DNA of 63,307 nt, filler included, from Reticulomyxa filosa (GCA_000512085.1; 19 parts of 19 records of this genome joined end to end with filler, not necessarily neighbours in it), one strand, 5' to 3'; counted from the whole stretch's first letter, positions 50,933 through 63,225 are shown. Notes: generated by a model from the letters alone, not told the origin. Program-made: numbers and translations.

Positions 50933-51360
50933 TGAATGTTGTTTTTTCATTGAGAAAATCGATTATTTCTAAATATAACAGTAGTAACATTTAGTAGTAT
51001 TAAGGTAATACGAAAAGAACTTAGCTCCGAAAACAAATTTCAATAAAAAGAAAGTAAATTAATAACAATAATTAAAACAAAACAAATAAAAAAATAAAAC
51101 AATATAAAAGTTTGCTATGCTTGTGAAGAAAATCTATAAGTTGCCGTTTAGGTGTCAACTTTATTTTGCATTATACTGTAATAAGAGAAATTCTGTTTAA
51201 AAGAAAGGGTTAGTTGTTTGATGTGACCTAGAGTCAACTGTGACTCATATGATGTTATTTACCTACGTTAAAATCATATGTTGATTGTTAAGTAGAGTTT
51301 TTGCGAGAAGTAACAGGAAAACAAACTTTATTTTTGTAAATGTGACACTATCAAATTAGT
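50933..51360. repeat. Dispersed repeat copy (homologous to 58099-58320)
   Basis: Shares TGAATGTTGTTTTTTCAT..GAAAATC and TTTAGGTGTCAACTTTA.TTTGCATT.TACTGTA with the second copy. Confidence 0.75.
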
Positions 51361-51368
51361 TTTGATTT

Positions 51369-53344
51369 TACAAGGAAGTATTGTACTCAATATCTTATTT
51401 TTTTTTGTCCACTGCAAGTTCTCCCAATACATGCATTAATCGTGTCTATAAAAATTTTTTAGTATGATATGTCACAATTTCAGTGGACCTAAAATGATTT
51501 CTTAACTTCTATTTCTTTGATTTTGGTTTGCAAACCGTTATCATTTTGTGTTAACATCTGCTCAAGCACAGATTTTTCCAGCTGCTTTAGTTGCTTTTGT
51601 AATGTTGTAATATCGTTTCTATATCCTTCATTTTCCAGCCGACGTCGTCGGATCAATGTTTTATGCCTTTTTTTTTTGAGTTTCCCCTTAAAATTCGCTT
51701 ATTTTAAGAAATCCTGTTCCTGTGCAGAAAATAAATTACAAAACTTTTTTTGTACTCGTTGAAGCTTGTTTTTCACGTCTCGAAGTCTGTGATTGAAATT
51801 CATCTCAGAGTCTTTGAGTTTTTCTTGAACGTCATTTAATTGTTCATGTGTTTCTAGTACTTGCTTGCGCAACTCATGAACAATGACAGCGGTTTCATTA
51901 CTCAGCATGTTTTCTTGTTTCTTTTAAAGTAAATAAAATTATTGTAATTTATTTATTAATTTTTCACTTTAAAAAATATAAAAAAAGACAAACTTTAGCT
52001 TGGCTTTTAATTGTTTTTATCTTTTTTTTTAATTGAAAAGTTGAATTGCACTTGTCGTCTTGTATTTTATTTTTTTCAATTGTCAGTTGTTCGATTTGAA
52101 GTTTGGCATTGCGTCGATAATCGACATATTCTTTTAGCATAAAAGAATGTAACTCTTTGAGTTCGTTTAAATTTTTTTGAAATTGTTCAAACCATTCATT
52201 ATATTCAGATTTGTATTTTTCTAATGCTTGATGCAATCCTTTGTTTTCCATTATCAATTCATTTTGTCTTTCTTCATAGTGAAGGATCTATTTCAATGAA
52301 AATACGTTTAAATAAATCAAGCTCAAAAAAAAAAAGGGTGACAAAAAAACTTTTACACATTAACCGTCTGCTGCAATTGAGTGCGAAGGGCGTCAGCTTC
52401 CATTTGTAATATTGAACTGTTGTCTGTAGGGACGTAAATAGTTCGTAACTTGATGTGTTGAGTTGTGACAACAGTGGCTTTAATTTCCTCTATTTCTTGC
52501 TCGTTTTTTCCTTGTTCTGTTGTTGCTTCGAAGTTTTGAGACTCACAAGCACCAGTTTTGGTGGATGCAGAATGAAACGGACAGCATGGATTGCATTGTT
52601 CTGTCGTTCTACTACGAGGAATAGAGCCCGATCGATTGTATCGTACACAATTGCGATGCGTGGAGCGACTCTTTGCTCGACGCATTGTCTTCAGCCTTTT
52701 TTAAAACAAAAAAATAAAGAGTGTGTATACGCTTCCTTTTTACACAGAGAGTCAAAACGAGCATACTAACTGGTTTCTGTCCTCAACCGGGGGCAGCAAT
52801 GATAGTAAGTGTATAATTTGCGTTTTTTGTTCTTGATTTTCGACTGATCAACAAACAAGGAAAAAAAAAAAGCAGCATTTGTAGTTTACATTCTTATATG
52901 ATCAAGTAATTATATAGTTCAAACAATCGAAACTTTTGAGCTTTTCGAAATAATTTTGTTGTTCGAAATGTTTGCTTTTCTCTTCATACAGTAAAACATG
53001 AACGTTCGACAGTTGGGTTTGTAGTGACTGCAGTTCATTGCTTTGACTGTGAACTTTTCTTTCTAACCTACAAAGAATTTCAGACGATTAATTTGTTAAT
53101 TTTTTGTGTAAAATGTTGACAAAATGGAGCCAAACTGAGCTATATATGCTTGTGGTGTGCTTAATTTCTCGATCTTATTTTCGAGCTCTTTGAAGTCTTT
53201 TTGGTGTTGTTCAACTTGATAGTGATAAAAAAGTAGTAATGATCTCATTTCATCAGCGTTTGTAGGTAGCCAACTTTCAGCTTTGCTGGTATCATTTGAG
53301 CTAGTTGATTGCTCGTTTGTAGTGTCGAGCATGTCTCGGACCAT
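51369..53344 (-). CDS. CCDC77-like coiled-coil protein, multi-exon
   Basis: LLLFYHYQVEQ, LQTQLSNVHVLLYEEK, ILQMEADALRTQLQ and RRLENEGYRNDITTL occur in the same order as CCDC77 motifs (LLEYY, LSDMQVCLFQER, LQVEALQAQL, RRILEVEGFKTDI). Confidence 0.65.
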
Positions 53345-53574
53345 GTAAAAAGATAAAACAATCTTAGGGAAGTAGCAACCCAACAAAAAAAAAGATCAAA
53401 TTACTTGCTTTGATTGCGTCACGTTGAACTCTGTGAAAATTTAGAGAAAGTAGTAAAGGATAAAAATTCCGCCANNNNNNNNNNNNNNNNNNNNNNNNNN
53501 NNNNNNNNNNNNNNNNNNTTAATTAATTAANNNNNNNNNNNNNNNNNNNNNNNNNNNNNNNNNNNNNNNNNNNN

Positions 53575-54391
53575 TCACGCCGCATCTACAGCCCAAATAT
53601 AGCACCAGTATTTATGCGAGAATCCGAAAGCCAAATCAAAACGAAAAGGGTAAATCGTGTATCCTCGTCGACAAAGATACAATAACAACTGTAGGGCAAT
53701 GTGTTTCGCGAGCATGCATCTAATGAACTGTGTAATACCATTATCGACCAAATGTTGCATAACGTCATTATGGGATTCAACGCTGTGTTTTTTGCCTATG
53801 GTCAAACAGGGAGCGGAAAAACATTTTCAATTATAGGCAATCAACAACAAACGGAAATCGGAATGCTGCCCCACATGTTGCGCCCAGCGTTGGACAAGCC
53901 TGGTATCTCACGAGTATCCCCTCCGCAGTAGAAGCATTTGGACAAATCGCACGTCAGGCTTCACACATCGCACCAACAGGTAAAAGTTCAGATTCTTCGC
54001 GTGGACATATCGTTTTTTTGGTTTCAATTACAACATCAAGCCCCAATGAACGTACAGAATCAATAAAGTCCTTCATCGTGGTGGATTGCGCCGTAAGTGA
54101 TGGAGATAGTTCACTCGGCGATGACTTCGCTCATTCAACCGACAAGAAAACATTGCATTGTAGAAGACGGGAGCAGGATGCACCAACACATGTTTGTCGC
54201 AATTACAAGTCATGTTCAAAGAACTGCTTGAACAAGGAAAACTAACACCGGCAAAGGGCGATGGATTACGTAAGTTTTTGCATCTATTCGTTAACGCACA
54301 TACACATATATCCTTCTTGTTTACATTATCGCCGGCCGCAATCAACGCTAAAGCATCGGAAGCTACGTTAAAATTTACAGACAATGCATGA
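53575..54391 (+). pseudogene. Intronless divergent kinesin motor domain, decayed
   Basis: P-loop GFNAVFFAYGQTGSGKT, switch I-like DSSRGHIVF, switch II-like VDCAVSDG, and helix 6 TLSPAAINAKASEATLKF. Stops and frameshifts are present. Confidence 0.88.
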
Positions 54392-54809
54392 GCGATTCAA
54401 GTTCAACCAATACAGGTCCCATCATCATTCAGAAAGCAAATCCCCTCCGGACGTACGCAAACCAATTAGCGACAAGAAGTCCATGAACATAAAACGCCCG
54501 TATACCCGGTAGAGCAAACAAAGTTTGACATCCCCACAAACAAACAATTGTAAAAATAGTATACGTAGTCATGTCCCATCTAACACAGCAGATCAACAGT
54601 TTCAGGCACAAGATATCTCGTCGCATCCGGCCCACGGATTCGAAAACCAGCGAGAGTAATTAAGTCATCCGAAGGTGCAAATCCCGACAATAAACGAACT
54701 CTTCTCCTCCACGTTCGACATAGATGAAGATGCCAATCCATTTTCAGTTCAACAATGCAAGACAGTTCCAGCACAGTCACGAAAGATCCATCCTGATTAC
54801 GATAAAGAT

Positions 54810-57800
54810 TTTTACCTTGCACTGTTCCTCATTGCCCGCAGCAAGGGGTACGTTGGTCCGTCGTAGAAAGTCTTCACACGCACATGAATCAACACCCGCA
54901 GAAGAACATCGCCGGCGAAGTCCCTGTCGATTATCTGCAGTCATTCTCCAGAATTATTTGTGTAAGCTGCCGAACAACAGTTTCAGTCGCACACACAAGA
55001 AACTGAATGCACAAAAGATGCCAGAACGCTCAAAAGTTCTTCCAGCCATCGCAACCAATCTCCAATTATCCTCAACAGAGCTCACAAATTGCTGATACTC
55101 ATTGGATCCTTCCTTCACCAACAGCAATTGCAGTTTGTCCTGAGAGATTGATACCTCGAGTTCCAAAATGCTTACGAGCAGACGTTGCGGCGTGTGCGTC
55201 ACATTGTCTCCAAGACATTAATACATACAACAATAGCATCGCATGGAGTCACTGGGCTATGCTCACCAGAGTCATTTTGTGGAAACCAAGCAGGGGAAGT
55301 CCCAAAACCAACCGAATAATTACTTTGATTCGGGACAGAATTCGTTGTTGGAAGCAAAAATACCTCCAGTCATTATGGAACGAGTTTATAGATCATTCCC
55401 GAGAGATTTCATCCCACTTGTTAAAACCCGCATGAACTCCCACCAAGTCCGATAAACTACGATCAGTCGCAATTTTGCAGCATTAGGTGAGTACTCCAAC
55501 GCTTTTTGAGCACTTCACTCCCAAGGACGATCGACATACGACAAGTGCACAATATATGCACTTAAAGCGAAACATCCAAGCGATGAAGAACCAAAGATTG
55601 ATTTAGAGTCATTTAGTTCACCTCCAAGAAATCCATTTACGAAGGAAGAAGTAATTGCATACATACATAAGCTACGTCGTTCTTCTTCAGGTGGTCCTGA
55701 CTTTTTCTCAGCGCAATACCTCCTGGACATGATCCCTTTTGAAGTGGAATCAGGTGTTGTGAGTCAATGGACACAGGTGGCACAACTCATTGGTGAAGAC
55801 AAAGTAAATGTGGAGGGTGCAGCAATCGCATATGGGGCTCGATTGATCGCTATTCCAAAACCAGACGGATCCCCTAGGCCGATAGCAATTGGATGTTTAC
55901 TTCGACGTACGGCAGCAGCAATCCTCTCCACAAGGCACAAACACAAAGTGCAACAAGCGGTGGGTGCGAAACAGTTTGGAATCAACGTCCCTTCAGGCGT
56001 GGAAGTATTCGTACATGGATTCAAAGCGGCTGTCCAATGGGCAAGCAAGGACAAAAACCGAGTCGCAGTCAAAGTCGATTTCAAAAACGCCTTCAATATT
56101 ATACGTCGTAAAAAACTATTGGAATTAGTCGGTTCGCGTATCCCATCATTATTCAAGTATGTTCATGGTTGCTACGGGAAACATTCGTCACTGTTTCTGC
56201 CAACGGGGAAAACCATTCCGTCATGTACGGGCATACAACAAGGAGATCCACTCAGTGGAGCCTTATTCGCAATGGTTTTGGCTGATGCCTTGGAAAATTC
56301 TTTGCATAATCACGCATGCTATTGGGCAGCGTACCACGACGATCTGACAATGGCTGGTACAATTGATTCTGTCTCTTCAGCATTGGTATCCATAAGGAAC
56401 ATGTGCGAATCTCATGGATTGGTGGTAAATTTGTCAAAAAGTGAGCGGCTGTCGTTAACACCTCCAACAGATAGCAATCGTGGAATACGTCATTGCTCTT
56501 CTTTCACAACAACACTGGCAAGTATTGCTATTGGGACGCCAACCGATGTGGATGCTGTTATGGAACAAAAGTGAATAATTTAGATTCCACATTCGATACT
56601 ATCGTACAATTGGATCATCTACAGACATCGTTATTGCTTCTGCGTCATTGCATGCATTTATCCAAAATCAACTATTTTCTTCGTGTTAACTTTACATCTT
56701 CAACATGCAAATGGGACAAACAGTTTGACCATTCTATCCGACTATGTATTGAGCGGCTTCTAGGCAGACCTCTTTCTGATATTCAACGGAGACAATATCA
56801 ATTACCAATTCGGTGGGGTGGATTAAACCTGCGCACAATCAATAATTATTCAAGCGCAGCATTTATTGCATCCGTAGCAACGGCATTTGGCATGTTATCG
56901 AAGGTTTATCAGCACAGCCTCCCCTTAGAATGGATATCACAAGATGAAATGGATTCCACAGTATAAGATTACATCTCAGTCATCACTTGCAAATTTCATA
57001 TCAGTGCAATCTCTTCATTCACTCCAAGCGTCAGCAGATGAACGTACCAATTCAATGCTTACGGCTTTATCAATCAATCAATCTTCAGCATTCCTCCATG
57101 CCAAGCATAATCGTTTTGCGCGTACGTACTTCGAAAATAAAGAACTCAAAGCTGTTTTATTCATGCGTCTAGGTCTAACACTTTCCACCGATAGTAAATG
57201 CCATGGTGATCATCGTTGCAAAGTAGAAATGGATCCCTATGGAGATTATGGGTTAGCGTGCCCGTTCGGCTGAGGTCGCATTGCAAGACACGATGGAGTT
57301 GTCAGTGCAATTTCGTATTTATATCAAGAGCAGGATTGCAACATCAAAGGGAATGTCGTGACGGCTTTAACGGAAACGAAAGACCTGGTGACATTGGACT
57401 CAAATGGTTCGGAAGTGTACGGTATATTACATTGTTCGACGTTGGGGTTACACACAGTTGGAAGCCACGACAAGGGCGTTATACAAGATTGAAGCGGCAG
57501 ACACTTTCTTCCGTCAGAAACAAAACAAGTACGAATAACTATGTGCTGAAAACGACATGGACTTCACCCCCTTAATTGTTGAAACTATGGGCGGATGGCA
57601 CCCCAAAGCAAAAGATTTCTTTAAGACACTGGCGAAAACATTGGCGGACAAGGAACAGTCTCCATACGCAGAAACTTTGGCAATGATCCACAAAACGATG
57701 AGTGTGGCCCTACAGAAAGGTAATGCAATAGCGATATGCACACATTGCAATTTTTAAAGACGTACTCGTCAAATCTTTTTTGTGTCAAAAATAGTTTCGT

Positions 57801-57994
57801 CCGAATAAAACCTTTTGGTGCCAAATTTTTTCGTGCTAACAACTTTATTGGATCAAAGAGTTGTTTTTTGTTAAATTAAAAATTTTTATATCATTACGAA
57901 TTTGTAGGATTTGTACGTGTGATTTGAGTGCCAATTTTATTTAATTTATAAATTAAAACTTTCAAACATTTCGTTTAAAAAAAAAAAAAAAAAA
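54810..57994 (+). mobile_element. CRE-clade non-LTR retrotransposon (zinc fingers, RT, restriction-like endonuclease, poly(A) tail), inactivated
   Basis: C2H2 finger CTVPHC...HMNQH at 54818-54895, then CVSC..HKRC. RT motifs LIAIPKPDGSPRPIAIG, VDFKNAFN, GIQQGDPL, YHDD. REL region C..C..C, RHD, RPGDI, FDV, K..KY, FTPLIVETMGGW, LQKGNA. A18 tail at 57977-57994. The 5' boundary is uncertain. Confidence 0.93.
55729..56574 (+). CDS. Reverse transcriptase core of the retrotransposon
   Basis: QGDPL and YHDD catalytic motifs; the frame continues via a frameshift into 56493-56966. Confidence 0.95.
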   Translation: MIPFEVESGVVSQWTQVAQLIGEDKVNVEGAAIAYGARLIAIPKPDGSPRPIAIGCLLRRTAAAILSTRHKHKVQQAVGAKQFGINVPSGVEVFVHGFKAAVQWASKDKNRVAVKVDFKNAFNIIRRKKLLELVGSRIPSLFKYVHGCYGKHSSLFLPTGKTIPSCTGIQQGDPLSGALFAMVLADALENSLHNHACYWAAYHDDLTMAGTIDSVSSALVSIRNMCESHGLVVNLSKSERLSLTPPTDSNRGIRHCSSFTTTLASIAIGTPTDVDAVMEQK

Positions 57995-58098
57995 TAATAA
58001 AGGATAAAACATTGAAATAATTAGGAAAGATGTAATAAAAAACCAAAATGATATTTAAAAACTACACAATTTGTAGATATTTTTAAAAAAGTTAGGTC

Positions 58099-58320
58099 TG
58101 AATGTTGTTTTTTCATGTAGAAAATCAATCATCTCTATAAGGTGCCATTTTAGGTGTCAACTTTACTTTGCATTTTACTGTATAACTTTATCAAATAAAA
58201 AAAATAATTTTATCCTACGCCCAAATGTCTTTCTTGTAATAATATTAAAACATAGTTGGAATTGTTATTTGTAATCTATGGTATTGAAATGTGAAATCTT
58301 ATAGTATCAATTTTTTCTCT
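58099..58320. repeat. Dispersed repeat copy (homologous to 50933-51360)
   Basis: Same motifs as the 50933 copy, without its internal insertion. Confidence 0.72.
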
Positions 58321-58417
58321 TTTTAAAACAATAACCTTCTTGATCATCAATTACATAATTCAGTTTTTTGAACATTCAAACAAAAAAGGGTTTTCTTTTG
58401 CAGTTAACTTCATCATC

Positions 58418-58815
58418 ATGCTTACACAACTCCAACAGACGTTTCCCAAGATGAATGAAGAGATCATTTCAGATGTATTGGAATGGTTTAAGCAAGATGC
58501 TGAAAAGACAAAGGCTGTCTTAACCTGGCTAACAAAGAACACGTAACAATCAATTTCTATTATTTTTTTCTCTTTTTTACTAACAAAAACATTTCAATAT
58601 TTTTTAACAAATCATTGCTTTATATATTTTAATAAAGCACAAATTTACGACAACAACATTATTTGATGGATCTATTCAAACAATTTGGCAATAAGTTAGG
58701 AAAAGAGACAATATCACAGACATGGAAAAACTACAATCAAATTTATGTTGATACACGAGAGAAATTAATACAGATTTGTGCAACTTCCAACTTAAATGAG
58801 TTAAATGTAAATAAA
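58418..58815 (+). CDS. N-terminal exons of a protein with a CUE/UBA-like helical domain
   Basis: MLTQLQQTFPKMNEEIISDVL...DAEKTKAVL (FP motif of CUE), then a GT-AG intron and a second exon running to the contig end. Confidence 0.5.
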
Positions 58816-58915
58816 NNNNNNNNNNNNNNNNNNNNNNNNNNNNNNNNNNNNNNNNNNNNTTAATTAATTAANNNNNNNNNNNNNNNNNNNNNNNNNNNNN
58901 NNNNNNNNNNNNNNN

Positions 58916-61402
58916 AATTTCAAAAAATAATAGAACAAAACCCTAATAATTTGGAAACGCGCAAAACTCTTGCTTTGATCTATACAAGGATCAAGGCAAG
59001 TTCGATCTAGTGGAAGCAGAATTTCAAAAAATAATAGAACAAAACCCTAATAATTTGGAAACGCGCAAAACTCTTGCTGATCTATACAAGGATCAAGGCA
59101 AGTTCGATCTAGCGGAAGCAGAATTAAAAAAAATAATAGAACAAAATCCTAATAATTCGTATAAACGCGAACTTCTTTCTGATCTATACAAGGCACAAGG
59201 TAAATTCGATCTAGCGGAAAAAGAGCTTGAAAAAATAATAGAACAAAATCCTAATAATTCGTATAAACGCGAACTTCTTTCTGATCTATACAAGGCACAA
59301 GGTAAATTCGATCTAGCGGAAAAAGAGCTTGAAAAAATAATAGAACTGGATCATGGGGATCCAGATAGACACAAATTTCTTTCTGATTTATACAAGGATC
59401 AAGGTAAATTCGATCTAGCGGAAAAAGAGCTTGAAAAAATACCAATAAAATATTATCCGTATTTGCAGTTTGACGTGGCGGGTGCTATTACTGAGATAGC
59501 CAAGGAAAAAGTTAAGTTCGATTCGGCGGTAGAAGAATTTAAAGAACATATAAAGAAATACCCCCCTGCCCTAAATAGACATGTCGCTTTTTCTGACCTA
59601 TATAAGAATCTGAATAAATTCGGGTTGGCGCTAGAACAACTTCAAGAAGCGGCGAAAGTAGCCCCCCACGCAGTAGGTTTATACTGGAAGTTTGCCCAGC
59701 TATACGAGAAGCAAGGTAATTTGGCTTTAGCTACAGAACAAATCAGAGAAGAGATAAAACTAGATTCTAATAATTTGTGTACGCACAACTTTCTTGCTCG
59801 TCTGTATAAGGCGCAAGGTAAGTTCGATTTGGCAATAGAATACCTTAACAAAACACTGGAGATACCTCCTCCTCTTTCGCGTAAACTAAAGACTTATAAG
59901 GAGATTGCCTATGTAAATTGTAAGATGAATACACACAAATTTCTTTCTGACCTATACAGGGCACAAGGTAAGTTCGATTTGGCAGTAGAGCACCTTCAAA
60001 AAGGGAGAGCACTGGAGCCTACCCCACCAACGAACATTCTTGCTGCTCATTATAGAGCTCTTGCTGGTTTGTATAAGGCACAAGGTAAATTCGATCTAGC
60101 GATAGAACACTTTAAAAAGGCGCTAGAAACGTATCCTGCCGATCGGTGTCCCCCCCACAAAGAGCTTGCCGATCTATACAAGGCACAAGGTAAATTCGAT
60201 CTAGCGATAGAACACTTTAAAAAGGCGCTAGAGAGGGATCCTCATTGGTCTATACACAAAACTCTTGCTGAGCTATACAAAGCACAAGGTAAATTCGATC
60301 TAGCGATAGAACACTTTAAAAAAGCAGGAAGTGGGTTTCTATTCGTTATTGCCGATCTATACAAAAAGCAAGGTAAATTCGATCTAGCGGCGGAAGAATT
60401 TAAAAAAATACTAGAGGCCTGGCCTAATAACTTCGAATTATTCTTGTCTATTGCTGAACTATATGAGAAGCAAGGTAAATTCGATCTAGCGATAGAACAC
60501 TTTAAAAAAGAAATAGAGCGAGATCCTGGTGGTTTAGAGACACGCAAATTTTTTGCTGAACTATACGAGAGGCAAGGTAAATTCGATCTAGCGGAAGAGG
60601 TTTTTATAAAGGCATTAGAAGAGCATCCTAGGGATTCGCATACCCACAAACAGCTCGCTGATTTATATAGAAAGCAAGGAAAGTTTGGTTTAGCAGAAAA
60701 ACACTTTGAAAAAATGTTAGAGCTAAGGCCTAATAATTCGTATATACGGCAATGGCTTGCTGATATGTACAAAGAGCAAGGCAAACTCGATTTATCGATA
60801 AAACAATTGAAAGACATAATAGAGAGGCATCCCGATGCTTTGGCTCAGCGTCTTTCTCTTGCTGATATATACAAAGAGCAAGGTAGATTTGATTTAGCAG
60901 AAGAGGTTTTTAAAAAGGCAATAGAGTTGAATCCTAATAATTTGTATCATCGCAAAGCTCTTGCTTTACTATACGAGGATCAAGGCAAGTTCGATCTAGC
61001 GGAAGCAGAATTTCAAAAAATAATAGAGCGAGATCCTAAAGGTATATGGCCGTATGAAAGTCTTGGCAAAATATATAAGGAGCTAGGTAAAACAACACTT
61101 GCTGAAGAAGCTTTTCGAAAAGCGCGGGAGCTTACAGATGAATACATAGCTACTAACAGAGCGGAAGCTCCGAAAGATGAAACAACTTCTAAAGCAACAG
61201 GTACGGATAAAGTAAATGAGCAAAGCGAAGGTAATGCTTCTACAACTGCGCCGCAAACAACACCAGAGGTAAAAGTGGAAGCTCCGAAAGATGAAACAAC
61301 TCCGAAAGCACAAGGTACAACCACACCTAAAGCAACAGAAGTTATATATATTAAAGGTGTGCCTTTTGATGAAACAGGTTTAGGCCGGGCGATAAAGGAA
61401 AA
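58916..61402 (+). CDS. Large TPR-repeat protein (about 20 repeats), intronless, incomplete at both ends, probably bacterial
   Basis: 34-aa repeats LADLYK.QGKFDLA.E.FKK; exact 102-bp duplication 59128-59229 / 59230-59331. No introns or long homopolymers. A frameshift near 58975 separates the first repeat. Confidence 0.93.
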
Positions 61403-61502
61403 NNNNNNNNNNNNNNNNNNNNNNNNNNNNNNNNNNNNNNNNNNNNTTAATTAATTAANNNNNNNNNNNNNNNNNNNNNNNNNNNNNNNNNNNNNNNNNN
61501 NN

Positions 61503-62116
61503 TTTTTTAAACATATGGATGTAAAAAAAAAAAAATTTAAAAAAAAATTCAAACCATCTCCCAAGGTGTCCATCCATTCACGCAGCAGAAAATGGGCGAG
61601 AATAGTGGTTTGAAATGAAGATGTTGTGACAGATGTCTCTGGGGAAGAACTTGTCATTGTATTGACTGGGTTGACATCTTGCAAATTTAAAGCGCCAAGT
61701 GCTGTTTGCATGGCCCTGCGCAGGGGGGATACTACAATTAATTCAATGCCCGCACTTTCCAGAAACTTCCAGGCCTCAAGACGGTTCTTCAGTTCTTTGA
61801 TTTGTGTGGCTCCTTTTTTCGATACCAAAGGATCTCGGATTTTGGGATCGAATTTGTTCGCCCAAAAATTTGGGGACACCCAAGTCTTTGGCGTTCGCAC
61901 AGACTCATTATATTGCGATTCGGCATGGCGGATACACCACAATGTCTTGAATCCGTTATTCAAAGTTGTACTCTCCTCTTTTTTTTCTTCAGACATTCTT
62001 TTCTTCCACACTACGCGATATTTGCTTGTGTCTCCAAAACTAAATGAATATAAGCACAATGATGCCAATGTCCCAAAACACAAAAGACGTGACTTTCTGG
62101 AATGAAGAAAGTTCAT
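61503..62116 (-). CDS. Histidine phosphatase / phosphoglycerate mutase-like protein, first exon
   Basis: CIRHAES (RHG-type motif), VVSPLRRAMQTA and LLRE; N-terminal targeting-like segment. Confidence 0.88.
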
Positions 62117-62621
62117 TTAAACACAATATAACCTTTATTTGGGAATTAATGTTTCAATAACTGAGGGAGAGCAATATTTTTGAACAGCACCTTCTTTTTA
62201 TTTTTTTCCGGACAAAAATCATTTTTTGAAATCTGCGAGTTTTCTGGACAGTTAATTAAGTTTATAATCGACAAGGTGATAATAGTAGAGACGATTAAAC
62301 CTTTTCCTTAATGACAGAAAAAAAAATTCTATTTTTTTATTTCACTTTGCAATTTGAAAACTTTAAACATCTGTCACAAGACTGATGTAATTACGTCCCA
62401 CTTTTTGTTGATAAAGGTTACGAACAACAAAAAGCTGTTCCCAAAAAAAAAAAAAAAAAAAACAAAATCCGTACAATTTATTTATGTATTCTACATTTTT
62501 CTCACTGCTTTTTTTTTTTAAAATAAAATTTTAAAAAAAAAAACAATAAATGTTTTTCTCTACTACGTTTGCACTTTTTTTTTTTTTTTTTTGCAATTTG
62601 TGGGATCAGACAAAGTTCAAG

Positions 62622-63225
62622 CTACATTACATAAAAGATGTGTAATAAAGGTCTAATGCCCTCGTTCGCTAATTTTAAGTAATCATCTCCTCTTCTTCTT
62701 CTTTGTCGGCAAATGCCGTAGATGACTCCAGCCACCAAGGCCAAAGCAATAAGAACGACGATGAGGATGAACCACCACTCGTCATACCAATGATCGCTGC
62801 TGCCACCTCCGCCACTGCCATGGCCACCATTATTATTGTTGTTGTTATCATTAGGATAGTCTCCGACAGCAATCAAAAACTGTTGCACCTTGCCTCGGTT
62901 GCCTTGCAGCCACGATTGTCGACTGTCGATGGACTCTAACGTTTGATTGACAACACGAGCGTTGGCACTGGTGGTTCGGCCATTTGTTGCATAGAACTGC
63001 TTCACACTTTCCAACATTGTCTCGCTTGCAAAAGTGTTGAACACCGCGGTCAAGTCGCTCATCGCAAAGCCGGAGCCAAACACCGCCGCCAAGTTGTCCC
63101 ACGCTTCTCCGTTGTTGTTACTTAACTCGGACCACACACTAAATCGGCCTTTGCACCGACGGCAAGAATAAAGTCCGCGAATCTTAGCGTTATCTCTCAC
63201 CGATTTGCTCAATACAAAGTCGATT
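62622..63225 (-). CDS. M1 aminopeptidase C-terminal (ERAP1_C-like) domain + TM helix + cytoplasmic tail
   Basis: W...NNGEAWDNLAAVFGSG...F.SETMLESVKQFY...RVVNQTLESIDSRQSWL, then an N/G/S linker, TM WWFILIVVLIALALVAGVIYGIC and RQRRRR. Confidence 0.75.

Noticed and set aside
59093-61324. Antisense ORFs over the TPR gene (and similar shadow ORFs at 15875-17190)
   Set aside because: Shadows of repetitive or biased sense-strand codons.
3243-61502. Regularly recurring TTAATTAATTAA palindrome as a biological repeat or CRISPR-like array
   Set aside because: Always centred in 88 Ns; it is an artificial six-frame-stop linker.
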